63,701 bases of DNA, filler included, from Reclinomonas americana ATCC 50394 (GCA_048213135.1; 15 parts of 15 records of this genome joined end to end with filler, not necessarily neighbours in it); one strand, 5' to 3'; shown: positions 22,901 through 29,894, counted from the first letter of the whole stretch. Notes: a model not told the origin generated them from the sequence alone. Numbers and translations: made by a program.

Positions 22901-23242
22901 CGCCCAGGGCAAGGCGGCTTGCGGCACGAGCGCCCGGATCAGGAGCTGCGGGTCGCCTTGGCCATCGACGCTGAAGGTGGCCGTGACGTTGAGCGGGGTC
23001 TGGACGGCCTGGCTGGTCCAGGCGAAGAGGCTCGAGGTTCCCTGATAGACGATGGCGTTGGCGGTCGGCGCCGCTGGGAACGTGGTGATCTGGGCGAGCG
23101 TCAGGGTCTGGTTGGCCAGCGCGGCCGACAGCAAGGCGTGGACGTCGGTCCAGCCTGTCACGCTGGCGGCCGGGATCGTCAGCGTCTTGGCCGCGACGTT
23201 CTGGAAGGGTTGCAGGGCGGCGAAGAGTTGCTGGATGTTCAT
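10964..23242 (-). CDS. Giant 4092-aa protein: beta-strand-rich N-terminal ~1180 aa, Arg-rich linker, three clusters of LysM-like repeats; last gene of the operon (F)
   Basis: Single uninterrupted ORF with GC-rich third positions and GAGGG before the ATG. Repeats include YQVRANQTLDGIA, YAVHPGDTLALIA, AQVKHNETLNAFAARVGLTADRLL, YGVQAGKTFGQIAALFGVS and GDSLASVADTLDVSLRFLALAN. Confidence 0.9.
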   Translation of the reverse strand: MNIQQLFAALQPFQNVAAKTLTIPAASVTGWTDVHALLSAALANQTLTLAQITTFPAAPTANAIVYQGTSSLFAWTSQAVQTPLNVTATFSVDGQGDPQLLIRALVPQAALPWALGASLEGLEDTELADVSFEQGLFLLTSQSTTVSDYPDTVAPFINFQGVLAASGPFAIVQPLLPTPASRTVAGPITLSDGPMPVIDLKPAGAAQVTLAGVDLEFGVKLSSVYEILPYSDPDQPLKTTLKAAFSSAQVIATLAFPPGPPLILSLSVLPAGPFQTLAVSQAARPMSSWAELDALAGGVDLGVLIPVQFPPATRLMLRGLSLSLYFAETGALPHVDAIVFDVAMEVGDWAILPNDILTVQDIGVAMTVAFEEGQPYPSASFYTHFTIVEEVPMVAALGVPQWVLASQLQPGVTVSVEALMAAVMQKLTGKTYRPPIAMEISRLEMSVGVLDRTFGFGTDILTDWSVSFGQANGGALITLSFDGVSFDIEYDGQLLQGTLTAYASVNEGRFFFTAASPGDGAGWGFAGGLVGGSSLSVTDLLLGFMYPKGDIPGGAYGVPSLVIDRLNATLSTDADNTPIAYTFDGGMSAAWTFSVFDTSLPFQMSAGLSLRGDRQTGALLVPRLGPIAETTRAGRVPLVPLSLVDDDTPWTISGAVEGTFSLYDLLISAGYRFSPANSALTFGIWYNNRSIQATLTQRPNIKTQVQETILTIRLGDLSFGEILEYLINLALPGESRRLSSPWDVLYQINFKNLSLEVNLTTNDIEISYALNLDLTFAQFTAIKLLYKNVNGEGRVYIELTGEFLGQPFGDDDGEPLSWDVLNDPAPDVPGKGPSLIDLRYVGMGQHVVLPTPVAQLKTVEDIIEALKASVRPVSGGGNPLSDPNAVGLRYDGNANWMFGLDATILDTVTLQAVFFDPIIYGGLIALAGPRAGPLAGLRFELLYRKITDDIGELSVDLRVPDMFRHLEFGAVSVTLGMIHLDIYTNGNFRIDLGFPHNQDFSLSFAVEVFPFVGEGGFYFAYLTGATSERVPLATNGEFSPVIEAGLGLAVGLGKDFQAGPLKAGLKVEVFGVFEGVYAPFTPYDRATGTDTYYWIQGAAGIVGQLYGSVDFVIIKAEVAIVARATASFVLEAHQPTQIDLKLEVTAKAKVKVLFITIHFSFNLTIEESFTIGSASTPAWIEGTSSLRLIPRQSLADALAGPDGARPRLRQQRSQRPSTRWTRLRHARHRLPGLTENPAYRSLHWARTADLRRSRPNLAGLDLEIDAWPALPVFGEGQAKPARLQFAPMFTIADPASLHPESQALARAVPRDAPEDDPVGNQMQIVLGLVAEGAGDPDVHGHTAARRFTLDHVHYLDEDGDPALATMVEAFFRWAAQAGGGKAGHEALSLLALEDLLKELTDPAFQQATFGYAHLSQFLSDSLHFEVAAYPTGDTPAGNTSGVFVPFIPAISATVTQGGVVTPRDFSTYNPVSPAYAANLSAYFQQLLTNATSQAGKPPGLDDESLSSRSAPDPVTTASLAELVFSEYFVLLTQAALQSAIAWLQAYGIDYTEAGGPSLTTLAGQFDPLRAPLGLARGQTPLDLALAAGHHPAKLVQPRDDEPVTVAVGVTPLSIAEDNPDAKLSANLSLDFEALAYQVRANQTLDGIAQALPYIDPAAPLTGAAIGAENAGREGLLRQGASLAIPSFTYKPCAGDTQNFLTAFFQTRNEGLAGAPNLDWYEQAISTLNPHVDWTSITPQSPALVIPRAYLDTTETTATYAVHPGDTLALIAAALARFQAMDNSVNPPVTAPTTIPAMTHVIASTDTFDSLTQAFPGLASSALIAANTAAAVLTPLAIVRLPTFTAKPPANQTLALLASAYDLSLADLVDVVEDQDDLFEAGTILTIRDVPSQTVDQFVTHLKTTAALNDVANQVSNFLAHGLRTPAPSDASFTSLTPQQVLDGDFTGDLYGMADQVGQQFAWPDTSIPVTVSLTHADVDWLSYVDTLVVDETTDPAAPGLQALNPRLRTGGAIRPGLILATDAVSQIDLTIDTASFARYLPSTTVTLNAQTPTAAVNFDETPVRHNFQVTQHWQAASRPTLPGASPSAAPGEPSLWPLPANLQRLVSDGGDLPFGLATLPLSAPPDTAETPVGSYAWAVQIPIALSRVADPNDPGDTATPQDGSVLGGAWLDGLYLVRGASGEDAQRLYDLWTHLAGGDSGALYLLYTPSGAGEAPQGYASDALDLTKTVLLKTNLSTVTRPPDLAGPEDAAPRVQPPSAATYSAPVGDALDFLCLLWQASVVVEGGFYLRYDAGGAGLPDFVFDEAGKGSLQVVCLLSSQTGVAGGPLLALNNIAVVGGNIDASAVQLFAEQTGADAPTTRVAVNPTGTVGFEIRRTDPAPVEGDPTPDQMAGMLYGLIGYQIGAEGGYAASNAAVPQGPSPEDGDDDGVGATVVYRQSLTVYPRATASGLVAQSNPWLPSQAGDPYAGVSPNSAVTLSFAAHDVFGNQAIVTDPIIGQPIDNLYTDRLAGIGDWPGSSWSYRPVGTAPNGRLEIDGTLQANTYLPAPQVSSAKALSSASAHAQKFRQAFYQIRRPQIRLQVDTTLSTTPLEPPLAPLIGYLSAAYVYTSQLAGLSIKTHVVAAPQTLAGMAGATSATAEDLLRDNLDRPVDALFSGEVTTPLFAQVKHNETLNAFAARVGLTADRLLSQWANAQVARIPAGVDLVIAAGEAPLTPDQTLAGYASALQCTAGDLARANKDVAGLIGEGLTLSVRGVILTSGQNASFTSLVGDFAKLGITTNVEEIGVANQNLPGLLALSQDHTSLTYDRRLAAATTTVAAVVASLFTDLDQFITLNGDLPGLLAQDNRLRIGQTLAPPPVDSLRRYLAQTSGVSLADFAVANAQTALKDKTVWLVPAQLDPTTLAATPYGVQAGKTFGQIAALFGVSALVLGEQDETLPGVFVPGQTVTVGSASVVTDDEDSIATLIGKFPAGAQPSLAALIAVIADQVGLMAPGAALICPAPSASAAGAGPALSLNALASAFLTAQDGVRLAKSNAALLGFLKTGAAFTLAGQDFTVGPDQTLANLLGAVNAVLAAPLAYDAMLTALLDQPIVSPTTKVLLPPPPAILSAPLPSTPAVSDVISRLETSLTLSRPEDEIDTAFVDVLSVRVATTPIAPLSDGVPATLTTFAAALADLYGGALAAGVSGRGGPGDQRQYVLRFDAPTQTPTTVNAIRKVQLEDGASFLGLPPLANSLVSRPADVRTYISGGAPPFTSTTDQLRFQSVDVGDWVIDFLATLELALSPPYASAGYGATAGSGGGSEDFDTLLAAKASLAGKIADQLTPIESGDAANDLAAARKAMSGLLSVNLSTGYATDAVIQVPTKVQTQFGAGELDSGGHRLAGKTSSALKPLSSATTLQGLADDYAISVDGVFDLLSATPNILQPGVVLNLDGKTWTIGEHDSLQTGRETLSATPEAFAAAFKDQEPLFRDGVQLTIDGYSAASGFGDSLASVADTLDVSLRFLALANQDLTGLLTGTVYVGATPVVITAETSSLSGLAQSQDLTVGALAALLANQAVLTQGSVLRVVRWTPEYSLTPGKISLDAADGALTLLLNVKNKARYRRLFLNLTYEVGALEYEIAPADYVAGYESSRWLSFVNPLPSTPAGLGGAVLDTHIGQLDVPIPLRAYPATPRLAYQSARPSYRSVEIPATDPVAEQISKAQAWTYSAAFEMTLAAQDTAQIGVGLNYRPTTNIDDFAVEADPFEALAEYATNAAAIKADLGLLIQPATASAPAAISAMAALADLADKIASNWGFVQAGPPDLEADAGDGLTPSIYYGFDLQTRTRPGPQGVPLLDALVLIRAQGTNSWGPEGQTPWLGYLDAEGVLRPLDRPTPPVGPIPTALSYGFKEDVPEDGRRTYVIWYEALNVVTYQNARAAVSVSRNQNLTPGKATNSRFVFQTAQLTFANLATPSLRLDRSLLFGGGPPSALPTALSTLFTDLLGPTPASTLTEQRMTGDYGFVLASAAQGGRLSANDLVSTTPMFFRPTAPYDPAMPANTSAAVDDWLTTHAPAPTNAAFLSFGVQIFSGLIPTLKQPLIEFTRLDFQMT

Positions 23243-23251
23243 CGCGCGCCC

Positions 23252-24721
23252 TCAGTAGGTGATGGTCGCGAGCAGCGGCATGTGATCGCTGACGAAGAGG
23301 TGGATGTATTCGGCCGCGCGTCGCGCGTCGGTGATATTTCCCGCATGGAACTGGCGGCGGGACTCTTCCCAGTTGACGAAGGTGCCGCCCCAGCTGCCGC
23401 AGATCATCGGTTTCCAGGTCTGCGAACCCGAATTTCTGTATTGCGGGCCGGTAACGGTCATTTTCCGATAGCGGGGTTGATCCCCGACCGAGGCCTCGGT
23501 GTCCCTCATCAGCTTGTCGGCGTGGGTGATGGCCAGCTGGTAGATCTGGTTGCCGGTGACCGCGGCCATCAGGTCGATGCGCTGGGCGGCCACGTTCCCG
23601 TTGCTGAACACCAGATCGATCTTGTGGCGCAGGTAGTCGCTGGCATTGGCGGTGTTGATCGGCACGTCGTGATTGGGGCCTCCGACGATCTGCACGGTGG
23701 TGCGGCGGGCCGCGTCGCCGGCATTGGAGGCGGGGGTGACGGCGCAGGCCGCGCCACCGTCGATGGTCGCCGCATAGGGGCGGACAAAATACTGGTAGCT
23801 GCCAGGCCAGTCGTTCTGCTCGACCGAGTGGTTGAAGTCGCCGCCGAACACCACCCGCGTGGCGACCTGGACGTCGTCGGGATCGGGGGTCACCCCGTCG
23901 ACCGTGTTGATGGCGTAGAGCTCGCGCGCCAAGCCGCTCATATACGCGCCCCAGGACGCAGGGACGGGTTTGCTGGGCGCATGATAGACCGAGACCGGAC
24001 AGAGCCGGGCGTTGTCGTGGCCGAGTTTCAGGACCACATAGACGGGGCGCCTGACCCGAGCCCATCTTATCGTGCTGGGGTCTGTGGCGCCCGTCGGCGG
24101 GTAGTTGAGCCGGGGCCAAGCGTCGAGGTCGTCATAGTCCCCGTTCATGGGATCATACTGGTTTGGGTAACTGCGGGCCCGCGTGAACCCGCCGGCGGCG
24201 CCGAAGCTGTCCTGGTCGGCTCGGCGACCCACGCCGGCGATCTTGAGCGTCGCGGCCGGTCGACCCAGCCGCGAGATGTTGAGCGGCGATGTTGGCCGGG
24301 CCGAGATCGGACCAGAGTTGTAGGCGATGGGCTGGAGACCATCGACGAGCTTGAATCGGTCCTGGTTACGGCGCCATAGGACAGCGTAGCCCTCTGAACG
24401 CGCGCCGGTCTTCATGGTCAGGTCGCGGTAGTCTTGCGGCTCATCGACGATGCTGCTGGCGAGGGCCGAGCCGCACCAGCTATAGGCCCAGTCCTTGTTG
24501 GCGTGCAGGGCGTTGAGCTTGCGCTGCAGGTCGGCCAGCGCCGTCAGGGCGTCGCTCTGGGCCTCCTGGATCAGGAGGACGTCGATATTGTACTCGCGCA
24601 CCAAGCGGGCGATGAACTGATTGCGCATCGCATTGCCGTTGATGGTGTAGAGCCCGTCGTAGCGCGGTATGGGCTGGCCGAAGTTCTGGATGTTCCACAG
24701 GCAGACCCGAACGTCCGTCAT
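23252..24721 (-). CDS. Endonuclease/exonuclease/phosphatase (EEP, DNase I-like) family protein, copy 2 (E), 489 aa
   Basis: Full EEP motif set: VCLWNIQNF, DVLLIQE, SEGYAVLWR, VYHAP, FGGDFN, KIDLVF, VSDHMPL. Confidence 0.9.
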   Translation of the reverse strand: MTDVRVCLWNIQNFGQPIPRYDGLYTINGNAMRNQFIARLVREYNIDVLLIQEAQSDALTALADLQRKLNALHANKDWAYSWCGSALASSIVDEPQDYRDLTMKTGARSEGYAVLWRRNQDRFKLVDGLQPIAYNSGPISARPTSPLNISRLGRPAATLKIAGVGRRADQDSFGAAGGFTRARSYPNQYDPMNGDYDDLDAWPRLNYPPTGATDPSTIRWARVRRPVYVVLKLGHDNARLCPVSVYHAPSKPVPASWGAYMSGLARELYAINTVDGVTPDPDDVQVATRVVFGGDFNHSVEQNDWPGSYQYFVRPYAATIDGGAACAVTPASNAGDAARRTTVQIVGGPNHDVPINTANASDYLRHKIDLVFSNGNVAAQRIDLMAAVTGNQIYQLAITHADKLMRDTEASVGDQPRYRKMTVTGPQYRNSGSQTWKPMICGSWGGTFVNWEESRRQFHAGNITDARRAAEYIHLFVSDHMPLLATITY

Positions 24722-24809
24722 GGCTGGCTTCCCGCGGGTGCGGACGTCTTGGCCTCATGCGGACGGCGGGGCGTGATGACGATGAGCTGGTGAATCATCG
24801 CGGCCGCCC

Positions 24810-26279
24810 TCAGTAGGTGACGGTCGCGAGCAGCGGCATGTGGTCGCTGACGAAGAGATGGATGTACTCGGCCGCGCGTCGCGCGTCGGTGATCCGGCCG
24901 GCGTGGAACTGTCGACAGGACTCGTCCCAGTCGATGAAGGTGCCGCCCCAACTGCCGCAAATGATCGGCCTCCAGATGTGAGTGCCCGATTTTCGATACT
25001 GCGGCCCGGTCGTGGCCATCCGTCGGTAGGGATCTTGCGGGATCGACTCCTCCGTTCCCCGCATCAGCGCGTACGCGTGCTTGATCGCTAGCTGGTAGTG
25101 GTCGTTGCCGGTGACCTCGGCCATCAGGTCGATGCGCTGGCCAACCACATTGTCGCTGCCGAACACGAGATCGATCTTGTGGCGCAGGTAGTCGGCGGCG
25201 TTGGGGCTATCGATCGGCTCGTTGTGCATGACGCCTTCGACGATCTGCACGGTCGTGCGACGAGCCGGATTGCCCGCATTGGGCGCCGGGGCGACGGTGC
25301 AGGCCGCGCCTCCGTCGATGGTCGCCGCGTAGGCGCGAACAAAATATCCGTAGCTGCCAGGCCAGTCGTTCTGTTCGACCGAATGATTGAAGTCGCCGCC
25401 GAACACCACCTGAGTGGCGACTTGGGCGTCGTTTGGATTGGGCGTCAGCCCATCGACCTTGTCGATCGCATAGAGCTCGCGCGCCATGCCGCTCATGTAC
25501 GCGCCCCAGGACGCGAGCAGAGGGGCGCTCGGCGCATGATAGACCGAGACAGGACAAAGCTTGGCGTTATCGTCGCCGAGTTTCAAGACAACATAGATCG
25601 GGCGCCTGACCTTGGCCCACTTTACCGAGTTGGGGTCAGCCGCGGACGTCGGAGGGTAGTTGAGTTTTGGCCAGTCATTGAGATTGTTGTAGTTCGAAGT
25701 CTGCGGGTTGTAGGCGTTCGGATAGGCCCTGGCCCGGGTGAAACCACCCGAGGCGCCGAAGCTATCCTGGTTGGCGCTACGATCGATGCCGTTGATCTTC
25801 AGCGTTGCGGTCGGTCGACCGAACAGCGAGATGTTGAGCGGCGAGGTTGGGTTCACCAACACGGGGCCAGTGTTGTAGGCGATGGGCCGGAGGCCATCGA
25901 CGAGCTTGAAGCGGTCCTGGTCGCGCCGCCAGAAGACGGCGTAACCTTCCGAACGCCCGCCGGTCTTCAAAATCACCTGCGCGGCCGTGGCCGGCTGTTC
26001 GATCTGCCTGTTGGCGATGGCCGAACCACACCAGGCATAGGCCCAATCTTGGTTGTCCTGGTGGAGCGCATTGAGCTTGCGCTGTAGGTCCTGAAGCGAG
26101 GGGAGGGAGTTGGGCTGGACCTCCTGGATCATCAGGACATCGATGTTGTAGCGATAGACTAGGCGGGCGATGAACTGATTGCGCATCCCGTTGCCTAATC
26201 GGTAGCGCACGCCGTCGTAGCGTTCGGAGGGCTGGCCGAAGTTCTGAATGTTCCACAGGCAGACTCGGACGTCCGGCAT
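24810..26279 (-). CDS. EEP (DNase I-like) family protein, copy 1 (D), 489 aa; tandem paralog of 23252-24721
   Basis: Same motifs (WNIQNF, DVLMIQE, YHAP, GGDFN, IDLVF, SDHMPL); aligns end to end with its neighbour. Confidence 0.9.
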   Translation of the reverse strand: MPDVRVCLWNIQNFGQPSERYDGVRYRLGNGMRNQFIARLVYRYNIDVLMIQEVQPNSLPSLQDLQRKLNALHQDNQDWAYAWCGSAIANRQIEQPATAAQVILKTGGRSEGYAVFWRRDQDRFKLVDGLRPIAYNTGPVLVNPTSPLNISLFGRPTATLKINGIDRSANQDSFGASGGFTRARAYPNAYNPQTSNYNNLNDWPKLNYPPTSAADPNSVKWAKVRRPIYVVLKLGDDNAKLCPVSVYHAPSAPLLASWGAYMSGMARELYAIDKVDGLTPNPNDAQVATQVVFGGDFNHSVEQNDWPGSYGYFVRAYAATIDGGAACTVAPAPNAGNPARRTTVQIVEGVMHNEPIDSPNAADYLRHKIDLVFGSDNVVGQRIDLMAEVTGNDHYQLAIKHAYALMRGTEESIPQDPYRRMATTGPQYRKSGTHIWRPIICGSWGGTFIDWDESCRQFHAGRITDARRAAEYIHLFVSDHMPLLATVTY

Positions 26280-26282
26280 CGC

Positions 26283-29200
26283 CTACTCCTTCTTGGCGTA
26301 GGCGGCGTACCAGCCCAGGGCGCCGCGATCGGTGATCAGGGACTGGCTGGCGACGTCGGGATTGCCGAACAGGGCGATGACGTTCTGGCCGGGCGGGAAC
26401 TTCCAGCCCAGGAACCGCAGATAGAAGTTACGGAAGCGCAGGACATAGGCCGGGTCGGGCGGGGCGGCGGTCGCGCCTTGGGCCTGTAGGTCGATCGACT
26501 GGAAGCCCAGATCGATCACCCCCTGGATCGGCGACAGCGACCGGATGCTCTCCACGCCCGGCAGCTTCAGGCCGATATTGGCGTCGTGGCCGCGCGGCCC
26601 CGGCGACCAGGCGGTGACGATGCTGGCCGAGAGGGCCGGGGCGGCCGACAGCGCGCCCATCGCGCCCAGGTCCACCCCCAGCACCAGGCCGTACCATTCG
26701 CCATTGAAGCCGGGCTGGGACAGCGGCGTCTCCAGCGGCATGAAGCCGAGGTCCTTGGGGCGCTGGCTCTTGTCGCCGCGGATCAGGCCGGCCAGCTGCA
26801 GCGGGAAGCGCTGGAAGAAGCTGGTCGGTCGCGCTTGGCTGGCGGCCGGGTCGAAGGCGACGTCTGTGATGTTGAACGTGAACGCGCGCGCCTCCGGCGT
26901 CGCCACCGGGAAGTCCATGTCGACCGACAGACCTGAAAAGGCCAGGTAGCCGTCGGCGATCATCACGCCGTTGCGGTCCCGGGTCGGTCCGAACGAGAAG
27001 GCGTCGAAGCCCTTCAGGTCCGCGAAACGCAGCTTGCCGCGCAGTAAGAACCGGTTGCGGATGATGCTCTGGGTGGCGCTGTCGGTGGTGGTGGTGACGA
27101 ATTGCGCCTGCTCGAAGGTGGTGTTGAGCAGGACGGCCTGATAGGCGCTGCCGCCACGCCCCACCGCGTCGGCGCCATAGGTGTTGACCTGGCTGGTGGC
27201 GAAGACGTAGTGGCCCGAGCCGCCCTGGCGCTGATAGGCGCCGTCCAGCAAGATGTTGTTGTAGTGCTCGCTGTCATAGAGGGTGACCAGTTCGCCGAAG
27301 AGCTGGTTGACGAAGAGCTCTATGCGGGCGGCGAAGTTGGCGATGGCGCTGTTGGCGAATAGCACCCGCAGCAGCAGCACCTTGAAGTCGAACGCCCCGC
27401 TGCTGTGAGCGATGTCGACCGGGTCCTCGTAGTCGATCAGACCGAAGATCGCGCTATGGTCCTGCGACAGGCTGCGCTGGGCGGGGTCGACCGTCACCGG
27501 CGTCACCGAGACGCCGACGTGGTGCGCGCGAAACTGGCTGGGATCGACGCCCGCCGCCAGGCCGGCCAGCTCGGGCGGCACGGAGCTGAACGGCACGTTG
27601 GCGTTCAAGACGATGACCCCTGTCCAGCCCGGATCGCTGACCACCTGGGTGACGAAGTTGTAGAGATCGCTGGCCTGCCCCTGGGCGGCAACCTCGTCCC
27701 GCGCCGCGGTGATGATCTGGTTGATCAGGCTCTGGGTGGCGCTGATCGTGCCGTCCAGCTTGGCGACCTCGGGCCAGGCCCAGGCGTCGGTGTTCTGGAC
27801 GAAGTCGGTGAGCGGGCCGCGGGCGTACTTGAAGATCATCACCGGCGGGTGGGCGGATTGGTCGGCCCACAGGGAGGGCGACAGGCGAAAGCGCCACCCC
27901 TCGACCTCGAGCTGAAAATAGACCGCGTACTTGATTACCACGTCGCGATACTGGGCGTTGGGGCCGGTCAGGACCGTATCGAGCATGGCGGTGAACGCCG
28001 CCAAAGAGGTCTGCGGCGCACGGGCGTTGGCTGCCAGCAGCGAGACCACCGAAGATGGTATAGCCTCCGCGCCGGTCAGCCGCGTCAGGTCGCCGAGCAC
28101 CGCGTCGGTGATCCAGTAGTTGTAGTCGGCGCTGGTCATCAGCAGCGGGCCATTGGCCGCCACCAGGAAGAGCTGGTTGGCCTGCAGGGCGTTGCGAAGG
28201 TCAGGGCCTGGCGTGTTGAACGCCAGTTGCGGCAGCACGGTCTGGGCCTTGGCGGGGCTGAGGATCACCGACCGCCAGGTCGAGCCTTCGAAGGTGGCCA
28301 ATATGCCCTGCGGCGTTACGGCGGGCGCGGCGACCGCGTCTTCGAGCCCTTGCGGCGCTTGCAGGAACAGCTGCTGGCCGCCGACAGCGCCCAGGGCCGC
28401 ACGGCGCATGGGGCTCAGCACCTGGGCCTCGAAGGCGCGTAACAGGTCCAGGTTGTTGGCCGCGTCGCCACCAGCATAGGGTGTCAGCGGATAGGGCTGG
28501 CCCGGCGCAGTGACGTCGGCCGTGATCAGCTCCAGCAGCGGCAGGTAGGGCAGCAGCGCGTCGTCGCCCGGCGCGCGGACGTGGAAGAAGGCTGCGCCCG
28601 CCGGCTGGGCGAAATACCAGGCCTGGCCGCCGACGGGCGGACCGATGGCGGCGAAGGCGACGCTGGCCCGCGCGTCGAGGGGCGGCGGCGGATCTTCGAA
28701 GGTCGATGGCGCCGCCCCGACCGATTCGTTCCAATGGCTCTGCGCCAGCGGCTTGGGCGGGAAATTGGCCGCGAAGGCCGGTTGGGCGGGGGTGAACGAC
28801 ACCGGCACGGCCTGGCCGGTCGAGAAGCCGAAATACTCGCTGCCCGACATGCCGGGCGACAAGCGAGCAGCGGGCGTGGCCTGTCCGCCTTGCGGCGCGG
28901 CCACGGTCAGGGTGAAGGGGCCGATCGGCGAAAGGTAGAAGGGGTCGTCCCCCGGCGCTTCAGTTAGGGTGGTCGGGCGGCGGTGGAAGGCCAGCCCCGC
29001 CGGCAGGCCGCCGCCCGCGCCGACGTTCGGGGTCAGGTCGACGTCATAGCCGAGCTGGGCGCTGAAATGGGTGTCGAGCACAGGCGCCACGGCGGCAAAG
29101 GCCAGATGCGTGCGGCTTGGCTCCAACGGCGCGCCCGGGTCGACCAGCAAGGTCATCGGCACGGCGCTGGGCGCTAGACCTCGCACCAGCGGCTGGCGCA

Positions 29201-29885
29201 GCGAACTGAGTAGCATGCCGTCAGGATCGCTTGGATCGACCAGGCCATAGCGGAAGCCGACGTCCAGCAGTTCGAAATCGCTTAGGCCGCTGGGATTTGC
29301 CACAGACTCCAGGCTGAGATCCAGCTGGAAGGTCCCTGCGGTCGCGCCGCTGGCCGACAGCACCGTCTGGCCGGACGCCGTCAGCGGCCAGGTCTTATCG
29401 TCGGTCAGGAACTGGAAGGCCGGCGTAACGGAACCGGCGATGGAGAAGCCGTCGGCGGTCGGGGCCAGGGTCTGGCCCGAGGCGATCGTGAAGCGGTAGC
29501 GCCCCAGCGCCATGACGCTGGGGCGGTCGATCAGGCCCTGGCTGGCCCCAGGATTCTGACACACATAGAGCACGCGACGGCCCCAGTCGGCGTCGGGCTC
29601 GGCCTGCGCCAGCCAGAGGAAGCGGGCCGCGGGTCCTAGGCGAGCGGCCAGGGCCAGCACCGCGTCGACGAAGGCGGTTTGACCGCTCGCCGCTGGCTGG
29701 GCGCCGATCGTCACATAGAGGCCCGGATAGTCCGTGAAGCTCTGGGCCAGGGTCAGGGTCGGCGGGCCCGCGCCAGATTGCGGCGACAGCAGCAGGCCAA
29801 AGCCGCCCGACGGCGCCCAGCTCGCGCCGTCCAGCCAGTAGAGCCGAGGGTCGCTGGTTGACTGGGTGAACTGGAGCGTCGCCAT
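26283..29885 (-). CDS. 1200-aa protein of unknown function (C), beta-rich, aromatic C-terminus (..LFGNPD..LGWYAAYAKKE)
   Basis: Long ORF 9 nt downstream of gene B and 3 nt upstream of EEP copy 1. No signal peptide or recognisable catalytic motif. Confidence 0.85.
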   Translation of the reverse strand: MATLQFTQSTSDPRLYWLDGASWAPSGGFGLLLSPQSGAGPPTLTLAQSFTDYPGLYVTIGAQPAASGQTAFVDAVLALAARLGPAARFLWLAQAEPDADWGRRVLYVCQNPGASQGLIDRPSVMALGRYRFTIASGQTLAPTADGFSIAGSVTPAFQFLTDDKTWPLTASGQTVLSASGATAGTFQLDLSLESVANPSGLSDFELLDVGFRYGLVDPSDPDGMLLSSLRQPLVRGLAPSAVPMTLLVDPGAPLEPSRTHLAFAAVAPVLDTHFSAQLGYDVDLTPNVGAGGGLPAGLAFHRRPTTLTEAPGDDPFYLSPIGPFTLTVAAPQGGQATPAARLSPGMSGSEYFGFSTGQAVPVSFTPAQPAFAANFPPKPLAQSHWNESVGAAPSTFEDPPPPLDARASVAFAAIGPPVGGQAWYFAQPAGAAFFHVRAPGDDALLPYLPLLELITADVTAPGQPYPLTPYAGGDAANNLDLLRAFEAQVLSPMRRAALGAVGGQQLFLQAPQGLEDAVAAPAVTPQGILATFEGSTWRSVILSPAKAQTVLPQLAFNTPGPDLRNALQANQLFLVAANGPLLMTSADYNYWITDAVLGDLTRLTGAEAIPSSVVSLLAANARAPQTSLAAFTAMLDTVLTGPNAQYRDVVIKYAVYFQLEVEGWRFRLSPSLWADQSAHPPVMIFKYARGPLTDFVQNTDAWAWPEVAKLDGTISATQSLINQIITAARDEVAAQGQASDLYNFVTQVVSDPGWTGVIVLNANVPFSSVPPELAGLAAGVDPSQFRAHHVGVSVTPVTVDPAQRSLSQDHSAIFGLIDYEDPVDIAHSSGAFDFKVLLLRVLFANSAIANFAARIELFVNQLFGELVTLYDSEHYNNILLDGAYQRQGGSGHYVFATSQVNTYGADAVGRGGSAYQAVLLNTTFEQAQFVTTTTDSATQSIIRNRFLLRGKLRFADLKGFDAFSFGPTRDRNGVMIADGYLAFSGLSVDMDFPVATPEARAFTFNITDVAFDPAASQARPTSFFQRFPLQLAGLIRGDKSQRPKDLGFMPLETPLSQPGFNGEWYGLVLGVDLGAMGALSAAPALSASIVTAWSPGPRGHDANIGLKLPGVESIRSLSPIQGVIDLGFQSIDLQAQGATAAPPDPAYVLRFRNFYLRFLGWKFPPGQNVIALFGNPDVASQSLITDRGALGWYAAYAKKE

Positions 29886-29894
29886 CGTCGGCGG

